The notes: generated by a model not told the origin, from the letters alone. A stretch of DNA of 64,000 nucleotides from Sulfolobales archaeon HS-7 (GCA_019704295.1 AP024596.1:1248001-1312000), one strand, 5' to 3'. Counted from the first letter of the stretch, positions 43,233 through 53,725 are shown. Numbers and translations: made by a program.

Positions 43233-44270
43233 CTCGAGCTCAATTACTCCCTTATACGACTAACTGAAGAGTATTATGACCATAAGCATCTTCAGGCAAG
43301 TCAGGATTTCATGTTCAGAGAACTTAGAACCCCTTAACCCCCTTTCAATCTTCTTCTTTAACTCCCTTAAGATGTCCTTGAGATTCGAAAGGTATTTACT
43401 CTTCCAGTCCAAGTACTTCCGCGGGGAAAAACACGTAGCACTACGGATAAGGATAGCGAATCCCGACAATGGTTTAGTCTCAAGAGGTCTAAGTTTGTCT
43501 AGAGCAAGAACGTCAAGGAATACAATGTTGATCTAGGTACCATTCGAGATTCATGTTCCCATAACTGCGTTAGAGATGAGGCATGTTGCGCCTTTAAGAG
43601 ATTACGTCCTAGTATGTGTAGATCACGGTATAACCTAGGCGTAATTCCCCTTAAGTATTATCCCGTTAGTTAAGTTCTTAGCGTTTATTTTTCCCGCAAA
43701 AATTTACTTAATAAACTAGATTACATTATTGCATATTGGACACTGTCACGTACTTGAAGTCGCCCCTTACGTCTAGATTTGGCATTGGAAGGCTAACTTT
43801 CAATTTCCCCCTATGCACGAATATGAAAAGGAAAGTGAGGAATGACTCTCTATTTCCTCCTCCACGCGCGTTTTCACCCTCTTACCATCCTTGCACAAGA
43901 CGGGTAATTTCACGCTAACGTAAAACGTTGTAGATCTTCCTCTATTCTCCGTTAACAGCACGATGCCCTTGAGGAAGCGGAAACTAGAGTGTCCTTTCCT
44001 CTTAACCCCCTCTTCCCTACTTTAGACTTATCTCCTCCTCAAGGGCTTTTCTTCTCCTCGACCGATTTGTTTGATAACGTGTTCTGCGGAAGGTGGATTA
44101 ACTAAAAGGTAATACTACACTCGGTGATACTTGGTAATTCAGGTTGTTCCATGGTATTATCTCCGGCTCGTCTCCTATTTGATATTACCAATCTACAATG
44201 AATTAGTTAATTTCCAACTGATAAAATAAAGTTAATTTGCAATGAGCGCGTGAACGACCCCACGGGTAAT
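43233..44270. mobile_element. Mosaic of IS remnants, including a probable IS200/605-type (tnpB) fragment
   Basis: Second ..ATTGGACACTG end at ~43745; segment homologous to 36535-36710; gaacgaccccac motif near 44252. Confidence 0.4.
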
Positions 44271-44331
44271 ACATAATGTGATTGGTCAAAATTTTTGTAT
44301 TATTCTGAAGTGGTCCGTGATACACAGTATT

Positions 44332-44348
44332 AAGAAATATTTATATAA
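44332..44348 (+). promoter_or_regulatory. Putative BRE/TATA for giant protein B
   Basis: aagaaataTTTATATA about 30 nt upstream of the ATG at 44374. Confidence 0.55.
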
Positions 44349-44373
44349 AACTAAGAACATAATATTATTTAGA

Positions 44374-47300
44374 ATGGATGATGTAATAGGCTTAATAGGA
44401 TTAGTCTTTGTCATAATAGTTTTAATTGGCGTTGGGTATTTATATGTATATTACAACCAACAAATAGAACAGTCCTATGAGAACTCTCTTATTGCTGAGG
44501 CCGAAGCAATGCAACAAGTGGGCTCCACTTTTGGTAATGGGACAATAGCCTATTACCAAAACCAAGGTAATGAGCCGATAGAGATAGTAGGGGTTATATA
44601 CTTTCCTGCAGGTTACAAACAGCCTTACGTTATAGACTTTAATTTCTCCGTCTCTAATTTACCCTTTTTTGCTAGTCCGTCCCTCCTAAAATACTATAAT
44701 TCATCCCTCGTAGAAGTTTACCCCGTTCCCAAGGGGAGCGAGTTCGAAGTTGTTACTAATGGAGAGGTAGGACTTGGCGGAGTATGGCTTGACCCTGGAC
44801 AAATAATTGGCGTTCCCTATGCATCTGGTGCAGTAGGATTTATAACGAATCTTGAGAGCACGTTTTACTATCCCTCCTATCCAATGTCTTACAAGCAAAA
44901 TGTCTCTCAACAGATTTCGGAATATGTAAACAATACAATTAACTCTATAAAAGCCGGTGCGTCTCAGGTTGCATCTCAAAATGAGGGAAAATCTCCACTA
45001 ATGTTAACCGTAAATGCAAACGGTATTTGTGTCTACGTTGATACTGCATCTGGGCTAGCGTATAAAACAACTGGAACTTTAGTAATTCCCCTAGTTCGAA
45101 ACACTACAGTATATATTGCGGCGTTAGGCGGAAACGAGTTGAGCTTTTCCTCATGGTCAGTTTCACCGTCCATAAGCAAGTTTAATGACAACAACCCAGC
45201 TAATATGTTCAACATAACGCAGAGCGAAACTATTACGGCGGAATCTACAAGTTTAAACACTAGTGAGTTTAACACTGGTAAGGATACGATAATTCCGGTA
45301 AGCGTAGATTTCCCTCACCCGGGTTTCCCGGCTGAAACAGCTGGGTATGCTGTTGTTAACAATAAGGTAACTATATCTAAGGATACCACGTTTGAAATAT
45401 CGAATCTCTCATGTATTCCCGTGTATGTTAATTCCTTTCCGTGGGCAACGAGCGGAAAAGCGCCTCGCATTGTTAATCAACAAATAATACCAAAGTGGGT
45501 AAGTCTAATAAGATATGTAAAGTGCGTCATAGACAAAGTTACTTATGAAGTTCCCGTATACAAAGTAGTCGAATGGGATTTCAGAACGTTGTGTGTAAGT
45601 TCGCCGGGTAATTATCAGTTGGGTTACGTTGGATGCACTATCGGTCCTCCTGTGAATGATGCGCCAAGTGCAATATACGAATACTACATAGACCAATTCA
45701 ATGTTCAAATTAACGTTGAATTCCCATACACAATATACTTATCCTATTACGTTAACATGCAAAATGGAAGTTTAGTCGGAGTAAATGGTTTCTCATACTC
45801 GAACTACACCGCAAACAACTTGTATACATGTAACGGGTGTCCAAATTACTACGTACCTAATACCGAGTACTTTAACCAAACCGGACTACTCCTACCGAAT
45901 ACTAGCGGAATATGGGCTTCGATAAAACCCACTAATGTTCAGGGAATAGAACAGTTAATATCCTATGCTCTTGCCCCAGGTTATTATAAGAATTTCACGA
46001 TATTAACGTCTGGGAACTTTTTGTCAAGTGTTACCGACGAGGTTACTGAGGAACAGTCGATAATTTGGATGCGGCCGTTAATTACTGTGCTAATAAATAG
46101 TCCTAATGATTCATTGCTAGAGGCAGGGTTTGTTAACGGGCAGTCAGGCAGTAACTCAACTGAGATCGTAAATCCGGGACAGATTGGGGCAGCCGTGGTC
46201 CCGTTTGGTTTTCAGTTAAACGTCTCAGCGAACTCCTGGGTTCAAAGTATAACATTCAATAAATGGAATATAGAGGGTATATACTTAAGCGGTAACATTC
46301 CGACGAGCAGTATACAGTATGTGAATCAAAAATTACAATCTCTTTACTCGTATTTAATCTCAAATATGAATAAAATTTGCTATTTTGGTAAATACAATAA
46401 TTTACTCACTTACTACAATAATAATATTCAAAACCTAAATAACACAGTAACCACCTCCAAATTAATAGGATTCGCGTCGTTACCGGTATTCAATTCCGGT
46501 ATGGTTGAAGCACTTTACAACGGAGGATATAACATAACATTAGTAATAGCGAACACGTTAGGAGGTACGTCGTTTGTAACTGACGGCATTGAAAACTTCC
46601 AAGTTGTTACCAATTACCAATTTGTCGCACCTGCAAACACAATGGTGCTTATTGTACCGGAAAGCATCACTACTTACTTCTTCTCAAACATTACAGGAAA
46701 CATAACAGAGGCAATGGGAAATGATCATTTATGTCTGTTAAACAGTTCGGGAGAGAATGAACCAGAGGTAGGTTCGCCTCCAACTTACTACTACCCGTTC
46801 CAAACATTTATATTAACTAAATCATACGGCGTTACAGAAAACTTCGTTAATTTACCCCCAAGGGTAGATCTAACTCCACTCTCCATGAAGATAACGGGAG
46901 TTGGCCAATTTAATATAACGGAATATGTTGATGACCAATTTGGTGGTTACAACTTCACGTATTCAGCTGGTACACCCTCGTCTACATCTCAATCTACGAT
47001 AACAGTAAAATATCCAGCAGGTTCCATAGTCTATATAAATGGCACGGGTGAAGTAACTTCCCAACCTCCTAATAATAAAATAACTATATGTTACCAACGG
47101 GGAGAAAACTCTCCTCAGGTATTATTTAACTCTCCAGATTTGGGCAGTAATAAACAGATCATTAATATGACTTATGTTTTTTCCGCTGCAGTTTACAACG
47201 TTATAATGGACAACGGGACATGGGAAGACGTGGCAATAGTATTGAATCCTTTGGTATATGCTATTGCCCATGTACATATAACTCCTTCAATATGGGACTG

Positions 47301-48684
47301 GTTAGCTTTCATAGCAGGAGTAGCAATTAATATAGTATTAATGGTATTGACTGCAGGGACGGATGAGGGGGGAATTGCGGGATTAACGGCGTTTCGAAGT
47401 GTTGATGATTTTATTCAGGCATTTGACAATGCTTTCGGTATAACAGCACTGAAAGATCTCGCATCAGATATAGGGGACGCAATCGCTGGAGATGCAGCAG
47501 ATAGTGTTTCGGACGTAATGGATAACATTTTAAGTGATCTCAGGGAATTTGTAAGTAAACCTCTTTTCAGTTTAGCGGGACAACTAGTAGAGATAGCTGG
47601 ATTAGCACTTCACAATAATATACTGATAGATATAGGAGATATAATGGTATTTATCAATTTTATAACCGGTATTTTAAACCTTAAGAAGATTATTCAGGAT
47701 ATAGGTGATTTTATAGACGAGGCCAGGACTGGAATCGGTAATATTATTAAAGATTTGAAAGGAATATCATCTAACCTGCAAGAGTTTCAAGAGGAGAGTA
47801 CTAAAATGGAGTACTTAATGAACGGTATATACTATTTAAATAATGGAATTGCTAAGATACAGGATGCACTTCATGATGCTGATTTCTTAGATTACGGTAC
47901 GGGAGTGGATGTACTTAAATGTCTCAATAACGCCAAGAGTGCATTTGAGGAAGCATTTCAGGGAGCAGACGTTCTTAATACACAGGGTCTGGACGACGCG
48001 ATTAATACGCTTAATGATATTCTAAATCATGGAGGAGGGCCAGCATCAACAATTGATCTACCTGAATTGGCTTCAGTTCTTAGTTCATCTAGGGACATAC
48101 TCGCTGAAACAGAGTACGCTGCATATGGAAACTTGATCAATATAGCGCGAAATCTAGTTGATATGGGGCAACAAATCTATTCGATATTATCTGAAGGCAT
48201 GGAAGTGTGGAACAATATAAAAGAGTTGGAGTACATACACGACTTCATAAATGCTGTAGAAAATGGGCAACCATTTGTAGTGTCTCAGTTATATATTAGA
48301 AATGGAGACAAATCAAATCAACTTTCGTTAACCATATCCTCTGTAACAATCGGAAATAAAACGTGTTATACTGTAAAAGGAACCGGAGGAAAAATTAATG
48401 CGAGTATACGTTTTAATACTCAAGGCGATTACAACATTGAGGTATGGGCGCAGACTCCCTCAATAAACTCTGGGAGTAAATCACTAATTTTCATTCCTTA
48501 CGGAGGTAAGATAACGAGCCCCTACAACCTACTAGACTCGTTCTTTAACGGATTAACGCTAAACATAGTTGCAGCTTACCAAATGTTCCAAGGTCAAACT
48601 AAGGTTATGCCAATACAAGTAACAATATTTGAGTACTCGAGTAATCAAATAAGTAATACTGGAGGATTCATAATTAACTATTAA
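44374..48684 (+). CDS. Giant (1436 aa) pilin-headed extracellular protein B, paralog of protein A
   Basis: Start moved to MDDVIG by homology with MNDVLG and by TATA position; shared blocks FG.GT.A...N.GN.P, MRP, VNPGQ, NSW..SIT...WN, PANT and FSNITGN.TE. Confidence 0.85.
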   Translation: MDDVIGLIGLVFVIIVLIGVGYLYVYYNQQIEQSYENSLIAEAEAMQQVGSTFGNGTIAYYQNQGNEPIEIVGVIYFPAGYKQPYVIDFNFSVSNLPFFASPSLLKYYNSSLVEVYPVPKGSEFEVVTNGEVGLGGVWLDPGQIIGVPYASGAVGFITNLESTFYYPSYPMSYKQNVSQQISEYVNNTINSIKAGASQVASQNEGKSPLMLTVNANGICVYVDTASGLAYKTTGTLVIPLVRNTTVYIAALGGNELSFSSWSVSPSISKFNDNNPANMFNITQSETITAESTSLNTSEFNTGKDTIIPVSVDFPHPGFPAETAGYAVVNNKVTISKDTTFEISNLSCIPVYVNSFPWATSGKAPRIVNQQIIPKWVSLIRYVKCVIDKVTYEVPVYKVVEWDFRTLCVSSPGNYQLGYVGCTIGPPVNDAPSAIYEYYIDQFNVQINVEFPYTIYLSYYVNMQNGSLVGVNGFSYSNYTANNLYTCNGCPNYYVPNTEYFNQTGLLLPNTSGIWASIKPTNVQGIEQLISYALAPGYYKNFTILTSGNFLSSVTDEVTEEQSIIWMRPLITVLINSPNDSLLEAGFVNGQSGSNSTEIVNPGQIGAAVVPFGFQLNVSANSWVQSITFNKWNIEGIYLSGNIPTSSIQYVNQKLQSLYSYLISNMNKICYFGKYNNLLTYYNNNIQNLNNTVTTSKLIGFASLPVFNSGMVEALYNGGYNITLVIANTLGGTSFVTDGIENFQVVTNYQFVAPANTMVLIVPESITTYFFSNITGNITEAMGNDHLCLLNSSGENEPEVGSPPTYYYPFQTFILTKSYGVTENFVNLPPRVDLTPLSMKITGVGQFNITEYVDDQFGGYNFTYSAGTPSSTSQSTITVKYPAGSIVYINGTGEVTSQPPNNKITICYQRGENSPQVLFNSPDLGSNKQIINMTYVFSAAVYNVIMDNGTWEDVAIVLNPLVYAIAHVHITPSIWDWLAFIAGVAINIVLMVLTAGTDEGGIAGLTAFRSVDDFIQAFDNAFGITALKDLASDIGDAIAGDAADSVSDVMDNILSDLREFVSKPLFSLAGQLVEIAGLALHNNILIDIGDIMVFINFITGILNLKKIIQDIGDFIDEARTGIGNIIKDLKGISSNLQEFQEESTKMEYLMNGIYYLNNGIAKIQDALHDADFLDYGTGVDVLKCLNNAKSAFEEAFQGADVLNTQGLDDAINTLNDILNHGGGPASTIDLPELASVLSSSRDILAETEYAAYGNLINIARNLVDMGQQIYSILSEGMEVWNNIKELEYIHDFINAVENGQPFVVSQLYIRNGDKSNQLSLTISSVTIGNKTCYTVKGTGGKINASIRFNTQGDYNIEVWAQTPSINSGSKSLIFIPYGGKITSPYNLLDSFFNGLTLNIVAAYQMFQGQTKVMPIQVTIFEYSSNQISNTGGFIINY

Positions 48685-48785
48685 ATTATTTAAAATTTTT
48701 TGTATTATTTTATATATCGATTAAGTTATATTGCCAGTGATCTTTATAACTTTTAAGGTAAGTTCGTTAGGTTTTAAATTCCTTA

Positions 48786-50155
48786 CAGTCTTATTCTACA
48801 AAAAATCTCAAAATTATAAGATATTATTGGGATAAATTGTACATAGAAATATAGGATTAAGTGAACTTAGAATGCGTTATAATATGATATGTTTAGTCAA
48901 AATCTGGTGTATTTTACAAGTTAGCGCTAGGTATCACGAGAAGTTCTAAATTTATCCTACGAGTTCAAAGCGAGATATGTAGTGAAACCCCCCTGGCTTA
49001 AAAAAGCTTAAAGGAGATTGGCGAGCTAATCAAACGGTAGGAACTTTTCTCCTGGTACCTCAAAATTAAACGAGAGTAAAAGGTGTAAGTAGTGTTGAGG
49101 AGTGCGTAGATCAGGTAGAGCTTGCTGTACAAACTGCCTATGAGTTCTATCCTAGCTATCCTTCTCCTAAAGCCCTTCTCGACACCTCAATCTGTAGGTC
49201 TCCACTAGGCTATAAGAATCTTTCTTAATGTTCTATATGAGAACGAAGTGCATTGGTTTCCCCCCATGTTTCACGTAAATCACGTCGTAATAGCAAGGTC
49301 CCTTGTGCTCTATCACCCTGTAGGCAACGTAAGTCTTGTCCTTAACCCTGTAGTACTTCACGGCAAGGAGCTGGGCAAAAAGCTCCTTGGCTCCCTTTAA
49401 GTTGCTCCTTCCGTTAATCACAATGTTCGCCGAAAAATCCTTGAGAATCTCGAGGTTAAGGAATCAAGCGTCTGCAACAACGTAGCTTATGCTGACGTGC
49501 TGTACAGTTTTGTTGACGAACTCTTAAGGAAATTCAGAGGGCTTTTATCCCTTCTAGCCGTGAATTGGGTTACCGCGTTACACCTCACAGGGGATAAGAG
49601 ATCTGCAGATCTAAGCATGGTCTATCCCGAGAAGAGTTTGTCTCCTACTCTTTCCGCCTCCTTCTCACCCACGCCTAGGGAGGTCTTGTCGAATTACAAC
49701 ACGATCTCCTTACTCACGAAAATTGAACACAGGACCCAGAACTTAAAGGTTCTACCCAGGAGTTCCCCTAATTTTTTCCATGTCTAATAAGAGATATGTA
49801 ATCCTTTCCTCTTTTTCCCAAGGGGGGATTTAATTTTCCTGATGATATCACGGGGGTTAGAGGAAATCGTATTAAGCACATCCTCTACTATTAGCGAGGG
49901 ACTTATCCCTCATCCTGTTTTCCCTCATACTGAGATTTCGGAGGTCCCTCGCTTAACTTCCACGTCCACATTTCTACTCTCTCGATAATACACATGGTAT
50001 TACTATACATGTAAAATCTAGGTTACACATCCTTCTCTGAGATCATTGTAGATTCTCTCCTCAGTTAAAATTTAGCTAATTTCTACTCTCCTGGACGAAA
50101 TTTTCTCATGTTTCAGAAATTTTCCATTTTTAGTAAAAGTGGTAAAATACGACCG
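48786..50155 (-). mobile_element. Decayed copy of the ISH3/IS4-like element, inverted
   Basis: Reverse complement is colinear with 31230-32617; right end cagtcttattctacaaaa. Confidence 0.8.
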
Positions 50156-50682
50156 TATTACCATTAAATTGTTATGATTGTCTTTTCTTACTGAAAAATC
50201 TTTCATAGGGGAAATATGCAGCAGTGTATAATGTGTAATTAATATAATTAATTATATAAACTAAAAAGTTGTAAACCGCGTTAGTATTAATCGAATTCAT
50301 TTAATTATAAGAGAAACATTATAAAATCAGTTTATTATCATTAATAGGAAGCGATAAAACTTTTTTAGGGGTAAGTTAAGTCTCCCTTCATAAATTCTAT
50401 TTAGTTAAAAGGTTTTAACTTAAAAGCTCACTTATTTTACCCGCCTTTCTCACAAATCACAATTGATAAATAGCACCTTAAATGTTTCGGTAACAACCCG
50501 CACTGTTATATTGATTCATAAATATAGTAATACGCAGTCTTTACCATTAACCTTTTTTCTCTCGTTCTCTTCCTTAAAAGATATTCAATCATAGGGAGAA
50601 GTCGTATTAAGTCCGCTGGTGGAAGAGAGTTGCTGCATCACCTGTCAAAAATTATTTATAGTGCATGTACTTACTTTTAATT

Positions 50683-52338
50683 ATGAAAAACGTATTAAAG
50701 TATCTCATTTTACTAATATTACTATTTGAGATCATACCTCTTTTCCATACTACTGCAGCCCATTCCCAGGTACAATCTTTTGGCGATATTTACGGGGTGT
50801 TACTCACTTCGATTAGTTCACCACAAGCTCAGTTTACCATGCTAAATGTACAGAGCGGTATAACATATCCTGGAAACGATACGGCAAATATCACGCATGA
50901 AAACCTACTATTGAACTTCTCCTCTTACAAGTACTTTTCTGGGACTATTAGCGTGTCCATTACAAACAATTATGAGTTTAACATTTACTCTCAGATCCCG
51001 CAGCTCTTGGACGTAATTCTCGAAAGTGATGCAGGAACCTACGTAATCTGGGCAGGTTTCAGTAATTCAACGGTTAAGGCAACAGGCTACGGCTATTTAA
51101 ACCGGACTGGGATCTTGGTTTTTCAATACCTTAACGGTTCTAATCTCGTTAACGTAACGTTTAATGTAAGACCCTCCTATAACACGTCAATTAACACGGC
51201 CCTGCAGTTGAAAGTCGCGTTGATAACAGGGAATGTTACCAGTGGGATTTCTTCCTTCCCGTTCTTTCCTCCTCCAATGAGGTATTCCCCAGTAAGCTTA
51301 GAGTACGGTCCTCCACTTCCGAATTTCTTAACGAATTACACTATTCAATACTCTGTATTAAATGGCGAACTTTATCCAGTGATGATATGGACTTACAATA
51401 GGACAACGCAAGAGGGTAATGTGCCTACAATTAATGACATCATCAATATGGAGTTTTTCGGGCAACAAGGAACCGTTAAAGCCTATTTGCAATCATTCGC
51501 AAGACTCTCGTCAGAGTTAAGTTCCCAATATTCATCTGTGGCAATATATTACAGACAGGAGATATTCGGACTCCAGATCTTTGGTAAATCCGGGGGAGGG
51601 ACTCCATTACCTATAACAGAAGTGGGAGGTGCTCCTGTTCTAGTAACTTATAATTCCTCAAACAACTCATTTGACTCCTCAGCATACATAGATGCGGAAT
51701 TTCCCGTGATTTTACAAACCCAAGGCGTAATTTTAGCACTTCAAGTTAATTCGTCAATAGGTTTCTACTTATATTACGAAAATACGGGACATAATGTCAC
51801 TCCGGACATTATAACCTCTACTTCTAATACTACGGTTAACTTGAATGGAAAGCAGTACGTTGCGGAAGAAATTAACGTTGAATCAAGTAGCTTATATTCT
51901 ATATTTAATGTCACAGCGCCGACGGGAGTTTATAGCATTTATGTTCAAACGTTGTCGGGATTAGTGCAGGTCAATCCCTCAAACTATTTCATCTTCGAAG
52001 GTAGACTTTTCGTGTTTTCTGACCCTTCGTCCACCTACTATATTGTGTACTCCATTGCTCCTTCGAATACCTCAACTACATCATCCTCATCTTCTACCAC
52101 AACGTCGAGTCCTACCTCAACTACATCCTTAAGTCAGACTACCCAATCGAGTTCGGCATCTACAACAACTTCCACTGGAACAACGTCCTCAACCTCAATT
52201 CAACAGACATCCACATTAATTCAGCATACTTTACCTATATCATTGTCAAAAGGTGGAAATCCAACAATTTACATTTTAATAGTCATTATTGTAATAGTAA
52301 TGATAGGAGTTGTCCTACTTCTTAGAAGCAGAAGATAG
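50683..52338 (+). CDS. Membrane-anchored surface glycoprotein with Ser/Thr-rich stalk
   Basis: Signal peptide, many sequons, S/T tract, TM plus RSRR. Confidence 0.8.
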   Translation: MKNVLKYLILLILLFEIIPLFHTTAAHSQVQSFGDIYGVLLTSISSPQAQFTMLNVQSGITYPGNDTANITHENLLLNFSSYKYFSGTISVSITNNYEFNIYSQIPQLLDVILESDAGTYVIWAGFSNSTVKATGYGYLNRTGILVFQYLNGSNLVNVTFNVRPSYNTSINTALQLKVALITGNVTSGISSFPFFPPPMRYSPVSLEYGPPLPNFLTNYTIQYSVLNGELYPVMIWTYNRTTQEGNVPTINDIINMEFFGQQGTVKAYLQSFARLSSELSSQYSSVAIYYRQEIFGLQIFGKSGGGTPLPITEVGGAPVLVTYNSSNNSFDSSAYIDAEFPVILQTQGVILALQVNSSIGFYLYYENTGHNVTPDIITSTSNTTVNLNGKQYVAEEINVESSSLYSIFNVTAPTGVYSIYVQTLSGLVQVNPSNYFIFEGRLFVFSDPSSTYYIVYSIAPSNTSTTSSSSSTTTSSPTSTTSLSQTTQSSSASTTTSTGTTSSTSIQQTSTLIQHTLPISLSKGGNPTIYILIVIIVIVMIGVVLLLRSRR

Positions 52339-52561
52339 AGTACCTTAAGCTAGTGAGTTTTTTCTCCAATGTGTTTGCAATAGTGTGCTCTGGAAATTGT
52401 GTGACGTTTTGATCAACTCAACGCTGAAATGAGGTGTGATAAGAGATCACTGTCTGATAGAATCAAAAGTTTCTTAAAAAGTGGAGTAAGGTTAATTATA
52501 ATTTTTCCATAATTATTTAAGAAAGAATAGCTTTTTATTCTTCTCATGTTAACGTAATCGC

Positions 52562-53725
52562 ATGCAGGTTAGGGAACACATAAGGGTTCTAACTTTACTA
52601 ATCATCTGCCTATTTATTTGTACGATAGCGTGTTCAAGTGTAATTAGTTTATCAAGCAATTATACTATTGCAACTATTCAGGATAGTCAAAACGCTCACC
52701 CTACATGTGTTGTCTACGATCCTCAAAACAACGAGATCTACGTTACGAACTCAGGGGATAATGAGGTTTTAGTAATAAACGCTTCTGATAATAAGGTCCT
52801 AGGAGTTATTTATACAGGGCAATGTCCATACGGCGTTCTATACGATCCTCAAAACAACGAGATCTACGTTACGAACTCGTTCTCTAACACCGTATCTGTA
52901 ATAAACGCTTCCGATAATAAGGTAGTGTACACGATAAAGGTAGATCAGTGCCCTCGCGGCATAGCCTACGATCCTCAAAACAACGAGATCTACGTTACGA
53001 ACTCGTTCTCTAACACCGTATCTGTAATAAACGCTTCCGATAATAAGGTAGTGTACACGATAAAGGTAGATCAGTGCCCTCGCGGCATAGCCTACGATCC
53101 TCAAACAGGAATTGTCTATATAGCCTACTACTTTACGGATCACTTGGCATATATGAGTTCCATGACCTACGAGGTTAAGGGGAATATGACTGTAGGTAGG
53201 GGTCCGTTTGCGTTAGCTTTCGTATCAGGAGAGATCTACGTTACGAACTCGTTCTCTAACACCGTATCTGTAATAAACGCTTCCGATAATAAGGTAGTGT
53301 ACACGATAAAGGTAGATCAGTGCCCTCGCGGCATAGCCTATGATCCTCAAACTGGAGAACTTTACGTAGCTAACTACGGGAGTAATACGTTATCCGTGAT
53401 AAACACATCTAATAATGAAGTTATTGAGGAGATATCCGAGAAGTCTCCTTTTGGAATTTCATATGATCCTCAAACTGGAGAACTTTACGTAGCTAACTAC
53501 GGGAGTAACACGATATCCGTAATTAAAATAACAGGTGCAGTGCTTAATAAGACACAAGCACAAGAAACGAGGACGACCACTTATCATAGTTTACAGGTAG
53601 CTAATGGTAACTACTCGAGCGTAAACCCTCACAAAAGTGTAGTTAGAGGTAATATAGTGATTTTATTTATTGGAATAGTGATTTCAAGTATAGTTATACT
53701 CCTATTGATTAGGAAATGGAGGTAA
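52562..53725 (+). CDS. YncE/YVTN beta-propeller surface protein
   Basis: 42-aa blades YDPQNNEIYVTNSFSNTVSVIN; signal peptide and C-terminal TM. Confidence 0.9.
   Translation: MQVREHIRVLTLLIICLFICTIACSSVISLSSNYTIATIQDSQNAHPTCVVYDPQNNEIYVTNSGDNEVLVINASDNKVLGVIYTGQCPYGVLYDPQNNEIYVTNSFSNTVSVINASDNKVVYTIKVDQCPRGIAYDPQNNEIYVTNSFSNTVSVINASDNKVVYTIKVDQCPRGIAYDPQTGIVYIAYYFTDHLAYMSSMTYEVKGNMTVGRGPFALAFVSGEIYVTNSFSNTVSVINASDNKVVYTIKVDQCPRGIAYDPQTGELYVANYGSNTLSVINTSNNEVIEEISEKSPFGISYDPQTGELYVANYGSNTISVIKITGAVLNKTQAQETRTTTYHSLQVANGNYSSVNPHKSVVRGNIVILFIGIVISSIVILLLIRKWR
52715..53520 (+). repeat. Intragenic 126-bp repeats, several identical at DNA level
   Basis: tacgatcctcaaa at 52715, 52841, 52967 and 53093; identical block reused at ~53231-53340; a second blade type duplicated at ~53339 and ~53462. 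Confidence 0.9.

Noticed and set aside
44278-44373. 32-codon N-terminal extension of giant B in the ORF track
   Set aside because: It overlaps the TATA box and is absent from paralog A; the ATG at 44374 is preferred.
16406-48684. Diversity-generating retroelement or invertase-driven shufflon acting on the paralogues
   Set aside because: No reverse transcriptase or site-specific recombinase, no near-identical template/variable repeat pair; the paralogues are diverged throughout.
48685-48790. Classical polymorphic toxin-immunity arrangement after the giant genes
   Set aside because: No small downstream ORF follows either giant gene, and no nuclease or deaminase motif is recognisable at their C-termini.
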